Positions 41,296-50,855 of a DNA stretch of 51,277 nucleotides are shown piece after piece (within the stretch, counting starts at the first letter, position 1; each line of letters starts with the position of its first letter). Position numbers and translations under genes: made by a program. The DNA is taken from IMG/VR virus record IMGVR_UViG_2851955134_000001; one strand, written 5' to 3'. This DNA comes from a virus. Its lineage: Duplodnaviria; Heunggongvirae; Uroviricota; Caudoviricetes. Under the pieces are notes generated by a model. The model worked only from the letters and a program-made list of their open reading frames with translations. It was not told the DNA's origin and did not search any database.

Positions 41296-41325
41296 AGCTA
41301 CTCCTTAGTAAACACAGCAAAAGAA

Positions 41326-41361
41326 TACCCACAGGTAAACAAAAGTCAATACCCTTGGGTT
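41326..41361. promoter_or_regulatory. oR-like operator pair between divergent cro-like and repressor genes
   Basis: Half-palindromes tacccacaggta (41326-41337) and tacccttgggtt (41350-41361), related to the perfect TACCCATGGGTA sites downstream of the repressor gene. Confidence 0.5.
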
Positions 41362-41396
41362 GTTTACCTTGCGGTAATCGCATCTATTATTTACCT

Positions 41397-41816
41397 ATGG
41401 ACAAATATGAATTTAGACGACAACAACTCATCAAAATTCGTGATGAGAAATGCGATGGTAAAGCGGTTAACGTGGCCAGAAAGATCGGTCGCGAGCCTTC
41501 TTATGTATCAAGAATGTTGTACCCAGAGGGGAAAAAAGGAAAAAAACGGATCGCTGATGATATGGTGGAGATTATAGAAGAGTCCTTTGGGTTACCCCGG
41601 GGATGGATGGATGGTATCGTTTCATCATCAACGAACACAGCCTCCAATTATGAAACAAGGGTTCTAACGCCACGACAACGTATTTTTTTAGATCTCTTAG
41701 ACGAACTGCCTGAAAGTGAAGCGGATAACTTATTAAAAACTCTTGAAGAGAAAAAACAGTATTACAATATGATCTACGAAGAAATCCGTAAAAAGAAAGC
41801 ACAAAACGCATCATAA
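41397..41816 (+). CDS. CI-type prophage repressor (short RacR-like form without peptidase domain)
   Basis: ATG at 41397; HTH around AVNVARKIGREPSYVSRML; divergent from the cro-like gene and flanked by operator palindromes. Confidence 0.6.
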   Translation: MDKYEFRRQQLIKIRDEKCDGKAVNVARKIGREPSYVSRMLYPEGKKGKKRIADDMVEIIEESFGLPRGWMDGIVSSSTNTASNYETRVLTPRQRIFLDLLDELPESEADNLLKTLEEKKQYYNMIYEEIRKKKAQNAS

Positions 41817-41859
41817 CTCACCAAACAACCAGTCACCAGTTAAGATACATCAAAAAAAT

Positions 41860-41906
41860 TACCCATGGGTATTTACTTTTTGGATACCCATGGGTATCCT
41901 TTTTTT
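41860..41906 (+). promoter_or_regulatory. oL-like operators (two perfect TACCCATGGGTA palindromes); the second forms a hairpin plus T7 that can also act as a terminator
   Basis: tacccatgggta at 41860-41871 and within ggatacccatgggtatcc at 41882-41899, followed by ttttttt at 41900-41906. Confidence 0.55.
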
Positions 41907-42082
41907 CATACCAACCCACCCCGCCCCACAGAACGCAGGGCAATACTTCGAGTTACCAGGCAGTGGTCAGGGGTTAAGTAGCCAGCCCGAGGCGTATGAA
42001 CATGACGGCAGGGTTCAACTTTAATAACTATGCAGCAGGTTTTTGTTCCGCTACCCCGGCGTTAAGGGGAAATGAGGTCAGC

Positions 42083-42238
42083 ATGGATACTATCGATCTT
42101 GGCAACAACGAATCTCTGGTGTACGGCGTGTTTCCAAACCAGGACGGCACCTTCACCGCAATGACGTATACCAAAAGCAAAACGTTTAAAACCGAAAATG
42201 GTGCCCGTCGCTGGCTGGAAAGAAACTCAGGTGAGTGA
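42083..42238 (+). CDS. small early protein (YdaF-like)
   Basis: ATG at 42083 with GAGGT RBS; 51 aa; first gene after the oL region. Confidence 0.5.
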   Translation: MDTIDLGNNESLVYGVFPNQDGTFTAMTYTKSKTFKTENGARRWLERNSGE

Positions 42239-42239
42239 T

Positions 42240-42368
42240 ATGGATTTTGACACAATCATGGAAAAGGCTTACGAAGAATACTTCGAAGGCCTTGCCGAAG
42301 GCGAAGAAGCTCACAGCTTCAACGAATTTAAACAGGCGCTTTCCAGTTCGGCAAAATCTAACGGCTGA
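42240..42368 (+). CDS. small acidic protein (YdaG-like), 42 aa
   Basis: ATG one nt after the previous stop; below the ORF-track size cut-off; translated by hand. Confidence 0.4.
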   Translation: MDFDTIMEKAYEEYFEGLAEGEEAHSFNEFKQALSSSAKSNG

Positions 42369-42397
42369 TAAGCGAAACAGCACCGCGAGGAATCAGT

Positions 42398-42616
42398 ATG
42401 CAGAAACGAGAACCCGTCATCATCGCGCCAGACTATACCGATGATGAACTTTATGAGTGGATGCGCCAGAAAATTAATGCAGCGCAGGATCTGAAATGGG
42501 CCAATGAAGCCAGGGCTAAGCAGGCTGAAAATCTGTCCGCTCTGGAGCAGGATATCACCAATCTGGAAAAAGCAGCGGCATTAAGCATTGCCAGAATGAT
42601 TACATACCCGCGTTAA
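42398..42616 (+). CDS. small early protein (RacC-like)
   Basis: ATG at 42398 with GAGGA RBS; 72 aa. Confidence 0.5.
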   Translation: MQKREPVIIAPDYTDDELYEWMRQKINAAQDLKWANEARAKQAENLSALEQDITNLEKAAALSIARMITYPR

Positions 42617-43500
42617 TAGCTAACCAACGAAGCTAAGGTTGGTAATTAAGGAGTTCTCCACGGGTGAGGTGGAGTACGTGCGCCGGACACGGGTGAGCAT
42701 CCGGCACTGACAGTTTACTGAAAGGATATTTCCCTGAAAAGTCAGACCATAACGCGAAAGCGCACGGCGAGGTAGCTGGTTCATAGATAGCCTGTCGTTA
42801 AATTTTCGTCGACCGTGCGCTTCCGGTTGTGGCAACCCGCGAAATGGTGCGGCGGTAAGTATGGCGGGGTTATTTCTTCCCCGTTGAGGACACCGGGTTG
42901 TCAGGTTGACCATGCGCCTGAGTGACAACCCCGCTGCAACGCCATCTGTTATCAATTTTCTGGTGACGTTTGGCGGTATCAGTTTTACTCCGTGACTGCT
43001 CTGCCGCCCTTTTTAAAGTGAATTTTGTGATGTGGTGAATGCGGCTGATCGCACGTGGAACAGTTAAAACCAAAAACAGTGTTATGGGTGGATTCTCTGT
43101 ATCCGGCGTTAATTGTTAACTGGTTAACGTCACCTGGAGGCACCCTGGAGGCACCAGGCACCGCATCAACAAAGTTCACTTCGGTGATGAAAGGTAAGAG
43201 AAAATGTTGAATGTAGCTATTGAAAACCAGTACGGGTGGAATTATAGTGCACCTGCACCTCATAAACCGGGTGCCGGGCGTGGAAACCCGAAGTCAAACG
43301 TAGCGCACAACCGCGCTCAGGCGGTTTTTTTATGCGTGAAGCACAGCCACATTCAGATTATGGTGGGGCGTGCAGGGCAGCCGCAAGGCTGGCCGGGTTC
43401 TACGTTGACCGGTATTTCCACCCCTGTACGTCTCACCACCATTATGGTCGTGGAAAGCCTCGGTGGTGAGTTATCAATACTCAACGTGGAGGCTGCCATT
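42617..43500 (+). other. ~880-bp ORF-free, hairpin-rich segment inside the early-left operon (candidate structured RNA / regulatory leader)
   Basis: No plus-strand ORF of 60 aa or more; multiple stable stems, e.g. gggttgtca...tgacaaccc, gcgcacgg...ccgtgcgc, cgggg-ttatttctt-ccccg. Confidence 0.4.
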
Positions 43501-44055
43501 ATGGCTACTACCCTTACCCTTTCTCACCCTGACGTAACCATTGAAAATGGTCGCGCTGTCACTACGTCTGTTGCGATCGCGGAATTCTTTGGCAAGCGTC
43601 ACGACAATGTTATCCAAAAAATAAAATTACTGGACTGCTCCGCTGAGTTCACTGCCCTTAATTTTAAGGCGAGCGAATACACCGACTCAACAGGACGCAA
43701 ACTCCCTATGTACCAAATCACCAAAAACGGCTTCGTTTTCCTTGTGATGGGCTTCACGGGCAAAAAGGCCGCTGCATTCAAGGAAGCCTACATTGCCGAG
43801 TTCGACCGCATGGAGGAAGAACTGCGCCGGAATAACACCACACCCGCTGACAAAATAATCCCGGGTGATGGCCGCACCCTGGTTATCCGCTTCGACGAAC
43901 ACGGCTACATCAAATTCACCGAAACCGTTCCTGATGGCGCACTGGTCTGTACTCTGGATACTTTCCGTTTTTATCTGGAAAAGCAGGGATGGACTCTCAT
44001 AAACCGGGGCGCAATTAAAAATATGACCGTCGAGCAGTTGCTGAGTATTAAATAG
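43501..44055 (+). CDS. Rha-family phage regulatory protein
   Basis: ATG at 43501 with GTGGAGG RBS; motif ENGRAVTTSVAIAEFFGKRHDNVIQKI typical of Rha N-terminal domain. Confidence 0.65.
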   Translation: MATTLTLSHPDVTIENGRAVTTSVAIAEFFGKRHDNVIQKIKLLDCSAEFTALNFKASEYTDSTGRKLPMYQITKNGFVFLVMGFTGKKAAAFKEAYIAEFDRMEEELRRNNTTPADKIIPGDGRTLVIRFDEHGYIKFTETVPDGALVCTLDTFRFYLEKQGWTLINRGAIKNMTVEQLLSIK

Positions 44056-44100
44056 TTTTCTGGAATTTCCTTCATATCACAAATTATTAAGGAGATTATT

Positions 44101-44322
44101 ATGATTGCTCATCACTTCGGAACCGATGAAATACCACGCCAGTGCGTCACTCCCGGCGATTACGTTATTTACGAAGGCCGGACATATATCGCCTCGGCAA
44201 ACAATATCGAAAAGCAAAAACTTTATATCCGTGATTTCACTACAAAAACATGCATTACTGACCGCATGATTAAAGTCTTCCTCGGTCGTGATGGTTTACC
44301 TGTAAAGGCGGAGGCATGGTGA
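44101..44322 (+). CDS. hypothetical protein
   Basis: AAGGAG RBS 8 nt upstream; 73 aa. Confidence 0.45.
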   Translation: MIAHHFGTDEIPRQCVTPGDYVIYEGRTYIASANNIEKQKLYIRDFTTKTCITDRMIKVFLGRDGLPVKAEAW

Positions 44323-44441
44323 GCTGTAATAAATAACTGACCCAATACGACATTCAGCTTAATAAATACATAAGGGTCGATTCTTATATGCCAGCAATGG
44401 CAGGGATTCGCACAACCTTAAAACAGCAATGAGGTTTATCA

Positions 44442-46895
44442 ATGAGCACTGATAAAGAAACTTTTGCGCTATATTGCGAAGCTAAAAATGACAAAGTCAG
44501 AAAACGCCTTGGGATTAAAGGTGGTTTTTACTGGACTACAGCAAAAAAATTATCTGTTGCCATCTCCCGCTGCATTACCGCAATGGATGATAACGATTAT
44601 GATGAAGACGACTTTAAAAAACCTGTTCGCGTCCATTTGCCCGTTGTTGATGACCTTCCACCGGAAGGCGTGTTTGATACCGAATTCTGTAACCGGTATG
44701 AAAAAGGCGGCGAAGATGGCATCACAATGATATTTATCGCGCCTCCGCCATCCGCGCAGGACAAACCAGCCAGCACTGACAACACCAATGTTAATGGCGA
44801 AGACATGACTGAGATTGAGGAGAATATGCTTCTGCCGGTTTCAGGTCAGATTCTGCCTGTTCGCTGGCTGGCGCAACACGGCGGCGAAAAACCAGTAACG
44901 CACGTTTCGCGGGATGAACTGCGCTCATTACATAACGCACAGGAAGAAAAACTTCCCGCCGTTACCGCGCTGGCCATCTCAAATAAAGCAGCGCAACTCG
45001 AACCGCTGGAGATTCGGGATTTGTACAAACTGGTGCGGGACACTGACAAAGTTTTTCCCGCCCCCGTAAATTCAGACCTGGGACTGATGACCTCCTTCAT
45101 CGAAGCATACCTGGACGCTGACTACACTGATCGTGGTCTGCTTACAAAAGAGTGGATGAAAGGAAATCGTGTTTCTCGCATCAGTCGCACACCATCCGGC
45201 GCTAACGCTGGCGGCGGTATCCTTACCGATCGCGGCGAAGGTTTTGTGCATGATAATGCGTCAATGGCATTCGATGTTGCTACAGGAAAACTGGCTCGTT
45301 CGATGGATGTGGATATTTACAACATGCATCCTTCACATACCAGACGTGTTAACGAAATTATCGCAGAAAATGATCCCTGTTTCTCCGTCTTCCTTAAGGC
45401 TTTTCTGAACATGCCAGGCGGGATGGATTATTCCCGCGCCATCGTGGTTGCCTCCGTGAAAGAAGCACCGGTTGGTATAGAGGCTATGCCCCAGCGCGTC
45501 ACCGAATACCTGAATAAAGTGCTGACCGAAACCGATCATGCCAACCCTGATCCGGAAATCGTGGATATTGCCTGCGGTCGTTCCTCTGCCCCAATGCCGC
45601 AGCGTGTAACAGAAGAAGGAAAACAGGATGATGAAGAAAAACCGCAACCGTCTGGCGCAATGGCAGATGAACAGCCAACGACTGAAACAGTGGAACCGGA
45701 TACAACTGAACATCATCCGGACACGCAGCCGCTGGATGCTCAGCCGCAGGTGAATTCTGTTGATGCGAAATATCAGAAACTGCGGGCAGAACTCCATGAA
45801 GCTAGGAAAAACATTCCGCCCAAAAATCCTGTCGATGCAGACAAATTACTGGCGGCCTCGCGTGGTGAGTTCGTTGAAGGGATTAGCGACCCGAATGATC
45901 TGAAATGGGTTAAGGGAGTCCAGACTCGCGATTCAGTGAACCAGAACCAGCAAGAAACGGAACAGAACGACCAGAAAGCGGAACAAAACAGCCAAAATGC
46001 GTTACAAAACGAGCCAGAAACGAAACAACCTGAGCCAGTAGCGCAACAGGAACCGGAAAAAGTCTGCACCGCCTGCGGTCAGACCAGCGGCGGCAACTGC
46101 CCTGATTGTGGCTCAGTAATGGGTGACGCAACATACCAGGAAACATTCAATGGAGAAAATCAGGCTGAATCTCAGGAAAAAAATCCGGAGGAAACGGAAG
46201 GCACTGAGCATCCGCACAAGGAGAACACTGGCGGCGCTCAGGGCCACGCCAGCGATAATAAAACTGGCGAAACAGAAAATTCCTTAATTAAGATGAACGG
46301 TCATCGTGAAATCACATCCACCAGCAGAGTATGGAATCACCTGTCAGTCGACCTTGAAACAATGGGAGCCAACACCAATGCACCCATAGTAGTTATTGGT
46401 GCGGTTTTCTTCGACCCGGAAACAGGGGAAATCGGGCCGGTATTTTATATCGTTATCAGCCTGACTGACGCAATGAATACAGGGGCTGTTCCTGATGGTG
46501 GCACCATCGAATGGTGGCTGAAGCAGTCCAGCGAAGCCAGAGCTGCCATTTTAACTGACCAGGTAAAAATGAAAGATGCCCTTTTGCGTTTTCGGCAATT
46601 CGTCAATGAACACTCTGATGAAAAATTCGTTCAGGTGTGGGGTAATGGCGCAACGTTCGATAACGCAATTTTGCGCACCTCATACGAACGTCTGGACATC
46701 CCCTGTCCGTGGCATTACAGCAACGATCGTGATGTACGCACAATCGTTGAGATGGGGAAAATCACAGACTTCAATGCCAGAAGCGTAATTCCATTCGAAG
46801 GCGTGCGCCATAATGCTCTGGATGACGCTCTTCACCAGGCAAAATACGTAACAGCCACTATACAAAAACTGATCCCGAATCAGGCTGATTTTTAA
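44442..46895 (+). CDS. large exonuclease: RecE-like N-terminal region, zinc ribbon, C-terminal DEDDh 3'-5' exonuclease domain
   Basis: C-terminal motifs DLET (Exo I), [12 protein letters not shown] (Exo II), HNALDDALH (Exo III); [16 protein letters not shown] zinc ribbon; N-terminal part resembles recalled RecE-type exodeoxyribonuclease VIII. Confidence 0.7.
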   Translation: MSTDKETFALYCEAKNDKVRKRLGIKGGFYWTTAKKLSVAISRCITAMDDNDYDEDDFKKPVRVHLPVVDDLPPEGVFDTEFCNRYEKGGEDGITMIFIAPPPSAQDKPASTDNTNVNGEDMTEIEENMLLPVSGQILPVRWLAQHGGEKPVTHVSRDELRSLHNAQEEKLPAVTALAISNKAAQLEPLEIRDLYKLVRDTDKVFPAPVNSDLGLMTSFIEAYLDADYTDRGLLTKEWMKGNRVSRISRTPSGANAGGGILTDRGEGFVHDNASMAFDVATGKLARSMDVDIYNMHPSHTRRVNEIIAENDPCFSVFLKAFLNMPGGMDYSRAIVVASVKEAPVGIEAMPQRVTEYLNKVLTETDHANPDPEIVDIACGRSSAPMPQRVTEEGKQDDEEKPQPSGAMADEQPTTETVEPDTTEHHPDTQPLDAQPQVNSVDAKYQKLRAELHEARKNIPPKNPVDADKLLAASRGEFVEGISDPNDLKWVKGVQTRDSVNQNQQETEQNDQKAEQNSQNALQNEPETKQPEPVAQQEPEKVCTACGQTSGGNCPDCGSVMGDATYQETFNGENQAESQEKNPEETEGTEHPHKENTGGAQGHASDNKTGETENSLIKMNGHREITSTSRVWNHLSVDLETMGANTNAPIVVIGAVFFDPETGEIGPVFYIVISLTDAMNTGAVPDGGTIEWWLKQSSEARAAILTDQVKMKDALLRFRQFVNEHSDEKFVQVWGNGATFDNAILRTSYERLDIPCPWHYSNDRDVRTIVEMGKITDFNARSVIPFEGVRHNALDDALHQAKYVTATIQKLIPNQADF

Positions 46896-46953
46896 TGTTC
46901 AACCCTAATCGCCGCTAACCGCATATAGTTAGCGGCGGTTATGAGATATAGCT

Positions 46954-47157
46954 ATGAGCAGCTTATTTTTAACCGAAGATGAATTGCTAATATTAACGGG
47001 CTGCAAATATGCAAGCCACCAGCGAAAATGGTTAATGGAAAACGGGCTTCCGTTCTATACCAATCGTAGTGGCAAACCGATTGTCAGCCGGGATCTATTT
47101 ACCTGCAATAAAACTTTACCACCACGCGAGGTAGAGCCGAATTTTGGTGCGATCTGA
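46954..47157 (+). CDS. excisionase-like protein
   Basis: 67 aa; stop overlaps the int start (TGATG); immediately upstream of int. Confidence 0.55.
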   Translation: MSSLFLTEDELLILTGCKYASHQRKWLMENGLPFYTNRSGKPIVSRDLFTCNKTLPPREVEPNFGAI

Positions 47158-48182
47158 TGGGAAGACGAAGGAAAAATCCTGAACACGAAAAATTACCTCC
47201 AAATGTATACCCAAATAAATATAGTTATGTATGGAAACCAACATCCAGAGAATCTGTAACACTAACCGCCATCAAGGATGGTTTAGCTGCTTTATGGAAA
47301 AAGTATGAGGAAACTGTAAATAATCGCGATCGTGCAATGACATTCGGTCGCTTGTGGGAAAAATTCCTCGCCAGCGCCTGTTACAGTGACCTTAGTCCAA
47401 GAACACAAAAAGATTATCTGCAACATCAAAAAAAGTTGCTTGCCGTATTCGGTAAGGTACCAGCGGATTCCATAAAACCAGAACACATCCGTCGATACAT
47501 GGACAAAAGAGGGGAACAGAGTAAAACGCAAGCCAACCATGAAAAAAGCAGTATGTCCCGTGTTTACAGTTGGGGGTATGAGCGAGGGTACGTGAAGGCT
47601 AACCCATGTGCAGGTGTAAGTAAATTCAAGGCCAAAAACCGCGAACGATATGTAACCGACAAAGAATACCAGGCAGTATTAAGCGTGGCACCCCTTCCTG
47701 TTTTTATCGCAATGGAAATTGCCTATCTGTGTGCAGCGAGGGTTTCCGATGTGTTATCGCTGAAATGGGAGCAGATTGGAAACGACGGGATCTTTATCCA
47801 GCAAGGGAAAACAGGGAAAAAACAGATAAAAGCATGGAGTCCACGATTACAGGCAGCGGTCGAAAAAGCAAAACAGTTACCAAAATCCGCCTATGTGATC
47901 AGCAATCAATACGGCAACCGATATATGTACAAAGGCTTTAACGAAATGTGGGTAGAAGCAAGAAATCGCGCAGGCAAAGTTTCAGGTATTTTAACCGACT
48001 TCACCTTTCATGATCTGAAGGCGAAAGGAATTTCAGACTATGAAGGAAGCAGCCGGGATAAGCAACTTTTCTCTGGTCACAAAACCGAAGGGCAAGTGCT
48101 AATCTATGACCGGAAGGTTAAAGTTTCACCAACACTTGATGTCCCGTTACCTGAAAATATTCCAAGAAAATATTCCAAGTAA
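47157..48182 (+). CDS. tyrosine integrase (lambda Int-like)
   Basis: N-terminus MGRRRKNPEHEKLPPNVY like lambda Int MGRRRSHERRDLPPNLY; C-terminal ...FHDLKAKG... and LIYDRK Tyr region; adjacent to a tRNA. Confidence 0.85.
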   Translation: MGRRRKNPEHEKLPPNVYPNKYSYVWKPTSRESVTLTAIKDGLAALWKKYEETVNNRDRAMTFGRLWEKFLASACYSDLSPRTQKDYLQHQKKLLAVFGKVPADSIKPEHIRRYMDKRGEQSKTQANHEKSSMSRVYSWGYERGYVKANPCAGVSKFKAKNRERYVTDKEYQAVLSVAPLPVFIAMEIAYLCAARVSDVLSLKWEQIGNDGIFIQQGKTGKKQIKAWSPRLQAAVEKAKQLPKSAYVISNQYGNRYMYKGFNEMWVEARNRAGKVSGILTDFTFHDLKAKGISDYEGSSRDKQLFSGHKTEGQVLIYDRKVKVSPTLDVPLPENIPRKYSK

Positions 48183-48234
48183 TTCCAAGTGTGATTTTTG
48201 TCACTGACTTAATGATGTATAAGTGATTGAATTT

Positions 48235-48324
48235 TGGCGGAGAGAGGGGGATTTGAACCCCCGGTGGAGTTGCCCCCACTCCGGTTTTCGAGACCGGTCC
48301 GTTCAGCCGCTCCGGCATCTCTCC
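48235..48324 (-). tRNA. serU: tRNA-Ser (anticodon CGA)
   Basis: Reverse complement reads GGAGAGATGCCGGAGCGGCTGAACGGACCGGTCTCGAAAACCGG...GGTTCAAATCCCCCTCTCTCCGCCA with long variable arm and CGA anticodon; K-12 serU neighbours mtfA. Confidence 0.9.
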
Positions 48325-48417
48325 GTTCAGATGGTTGCCATGATGCCAGGAAATTTGGCATTTTAACAGTCCCTGTCCGTGCAATTTTGTTCAAGTGACG
48401 AGTTTGCGAGCAAAACG

Positions 48418-49215
48418 ATGATTAAGTGGCCCTGGAAAGTACAAGAATCAGCACATCAAACTGCCCTTCCCTGGCAGGAAGCACTATCGATCCCCCTTTT
48501 AACGTGTCTGACGGAACAGGAACAAAGCAAATTAGTCACTCTTGCCGAACGTTTTTTACAGCAAAAACGGCTTGTTCCTTTACAGGGCTTTGAGCTGAAT
48601 TCATTAAGAAGCTGCCGGATAGCACTTCTATTTTGCCTGCCCGTTCTGGAGTTAGGACTGGAATGGCTGGATGGTTTTCATGAAGTCTTAATTTATCCTG
48701 CGCCATTTGTGGTCGATGATGAATGGGAAGACGATATCGGTCTGGTGCATAACCAACGTATTGTTCAGTCAGGTCAGAGCTGGCAGCAAGGGCCTATCGT
48801 TTTGAACTGGTTGGATATACAAGATTCTTTTGATGCTTCTGGTTTTAACCTGATTATTCATGAAGTCGCTCATAAGCTGGACACCCGTAACGGCGATCGC
48901 GCCAGCGGAGTTCCCTTTATTCCGTTGCGTGAGGTTGCTGGCTGGGAACACGATCTTCATGCTGCAATGAACAACATTCAGGAAGAAATCGAATTGGTTG
49001 GCGAGAATGCGGCGAGCATCGATGCTTATGCTGCCAGTGATCCTGCTGAATGTTTTGCCGTACTTTCTGAATATTTCTTTAGCGCCCCAGAACTTTTTGC
49101 TCCTCGTTTCCCTTCATTGTGGCAACGTTTCTGCCAATTTTATCAACAAGATCCTTTGCAGAGACTGCATCACGCTAATGATACAGACTCGTTTTCGGCG
49201 ACGAATGTTCATTAA
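48418..49215 (+). CDS. mtfA: Mlc titration factor A
   Basis: [23 protein letters not shown]... recognised as E. coli MtfA (YeeI); HEVAH zinc-peptidase motif. Confidence 0.9.
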   Translation: MIKWPWKVQESAHQTALPWQEALSIPLLTCLTEQEQSKLVTLAERFLQQKRLVPLQGFELNSLRSCRIALLFCLPVLELGLEWLDGFHEVLIYPAPFVVDDEWEDDIGLVHNQRIVQSGQSWQQGPIVLNWLDIQDSFDASGFNLIIHEVAHKLDTRNGDRASGVPFIPLREVAGWEHDLHAAMNNIQEEIELVGENAASIDAYAASDPAECFAVLSEYFFSAPELFAPRFPSLWQRFCQFYQQDPLQRLHHANDTDSFSATNVH

Positions 49216-49268
49216 TTAACAACTTTGCAGATTAATTAACCAATTGAAATGACTTATGAAATTTAGTG

Positions 49269-49297
49269 TTGACAGACAAGGTACCGCTAAGTAATAT
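49269..49297 (+). promoter_or_regulatory. candidate sigma70 promoter of tRNA-Asn (-35 TTGACA, 17-bp spacer, -10 TAATAT)
   Basis: Consensus-like hexamers ~20 bp upstream of the tRNA 5' end. Confidence 0.5.
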
Positions 49298-49315
49298 GCG
49301 CCCCGTTCTCACGAT

Positions 49316-49391
49316 TCCTCTGTAGTTCAGTCGGTAGAACGGCGGACTGTTAATCCGTATGTCACTGGTTCGAGTCCAGTCAGAGGAGCCA
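49316..49391 (+). tRNA. asnT: tRNA-Asn (anticodon GTT)
   Basis: TCCTCTGTAGTTCAGTCGGTAGAACGGCGGACTGTTAATCCGT...GGTTCGAGTCCAGTCAGAGGAGCCA, 76 nt. Confidence 0.9.
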
Positions 49392-49537
49392 ATTTTCTGT
49401 TTTCTTGCATCCTTGCGAATCTTTATCTGATGTTGATTCAACAGGTTAGTGTGAAAACTCTTCTCGGTGCATTTTGATTTTACCCTACGCATCGGGAAAA
49501 ATTGGTGGTCAAATCTGGGGTCAGGTTAGTTCGATAA

Positions 49538-50524
49538 TGGAGTGACCCCCATATATCCCTTACCGACGCAAAAATCCGCACCCTCAAGCCTTCTGATAAA
49601 CCCTTTAAAGTCTCCGATTCTCACAGTCTGTATCTGCGGGTCAAGCCGGGTGGCTCCCGCCACTGGTATCTCAAATACCGTATTAGCGGTAAAGAATCCC
49701 GCATTGCGCTGGGTGCCTATCCAGCCATCTCCCTGTCTGATGCGCGACAGCAACGTGAAGGTATCCGTAAAATGCTGGCGCTGAATATCAACCCGGTACA
49801 GCAGCGGGCTGCTGTACGTGGCTCACGAACACCGGAGAAAGTTTTTAAAAACGTGGCGCTGGCGTGGCATAAAAGTAACAGGAAATGGTCGCAGAACACC
49901 GCCGACCGTCTGCTTGCCAGCCTGAACAATCACATCTTTCCGGTCATCGGGAACCTACCTGTATCAGAACTTAAACCCCGTCATTTCATTGACCTGCAGA
50001 AAGGGATCGAGGAAAAAGGTCTGCTGGAGGTTGCGTCCCGCACACGGCAGCACCTGAGTAACATAATACGCCATGCGGTCCATCAGGAGTTAATCGATAC
50101 GAACCCTGCAGCAAACCTTGGCGGCGTGACCACACCTCCTGTCAGACGGCACTATCCTGCCCTGCCGCTGGAGCGGCTGCCTGAACTGCTTGAACGTATT
50201 GGGGCATATCATCAGGGCCGTGAACTGACCCGGCATGCCGTTCTGCTGATGCTGCATGTGTTCATTCGCTCCAGTGAACTGCGTTTCGCCCGCTGGTCAG
50301 AGATTGATTTCACAAACCGAGTCTGGACGATACCCGCGACGCGAGAACCCATTATTGGCGTGCATTATTCCGGCCGCGGGGCAAAAATGCGAATGCCGCA
50401 TATCGTCCCCCTCTCAGAACAGTCCATCGCCATTCTGAAACAGATTAAGGATATCACCGGTAATAATGAACTGATCTTCCCCGGCGACCATAACCCGTAT
50501 AAGCCAATGTGTGAAAACACGGTC
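49538..50524 (+). pseudogene. P4-type integrase remnant beside tRNA-Asn: no canonical start codon and 3' end truncated by IS1
   Basis: Frame encodes ...SLTDAKIRTLKPSDKPFKVSDSHSLYLRVKPGGSRHWYLKYRISGK... (P4-integrase-like N-terminus); ATA where the ATG is expected (49553); ORF runs into the IS1 left end at 50525. Confidence 0.65.
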
Positions 50525-50579
50525 GGTGATGCTGCCAACTTACTGATTTAGTGTATGATGGTGTTTTTGAGGTGCTCCA

Positions 50580-50855
50580 GTGGCTTCCATTTCCATCAGA
50601 TGTCCTTCCTGCTCCGCTACTGAAGGCGTGGTGCGTAACGGCAAAAGCACTGCCGGACATCAGCGCTATCTCTGCTCTCACTGCCGTAAAACATGGCAAC
50701 TGCAGTTCACTTACACCGCTTCTCAACCCGGTACGCACCAGAAAATCATTGATATGGCCATGAATGGCGTTGGATGCCGGGCAACAGCCCGCATTATGGG
50801 CATTGGCCTCAACACGATTTTACGTCACTTAAAAAACTCAGGCCGCAGTCGGTAA
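50580..50855 (+). CDS. insA: IS1 InsA
   Basis: 91 aa [23 protein letters not shown]... Confidence 0.9.
   Translation: MASISIRCPSCSATEGVVRNGKSTAGHQRYLCSHCRKTWQLQFTYTASQPGTHQKIIDMAMNGVGCRATARIMGIGLNTILRHLKNSGRSR

Noticed and set aside
42620-42955. 111-aa minus-strand ORF in the ORF-free early-left segment
   Set aside because: Arg-rich, antisense to operon direction, no RBS; the segment is better explained as non-coding
43204-43500. N-terminal extension of the Rha-like ORF (track start at 43204)
   Set aside because: Extension is Gly/Pro/Arg-rich without RBS, while the ATG at 43501 has a good RBS and begins the Rha domain
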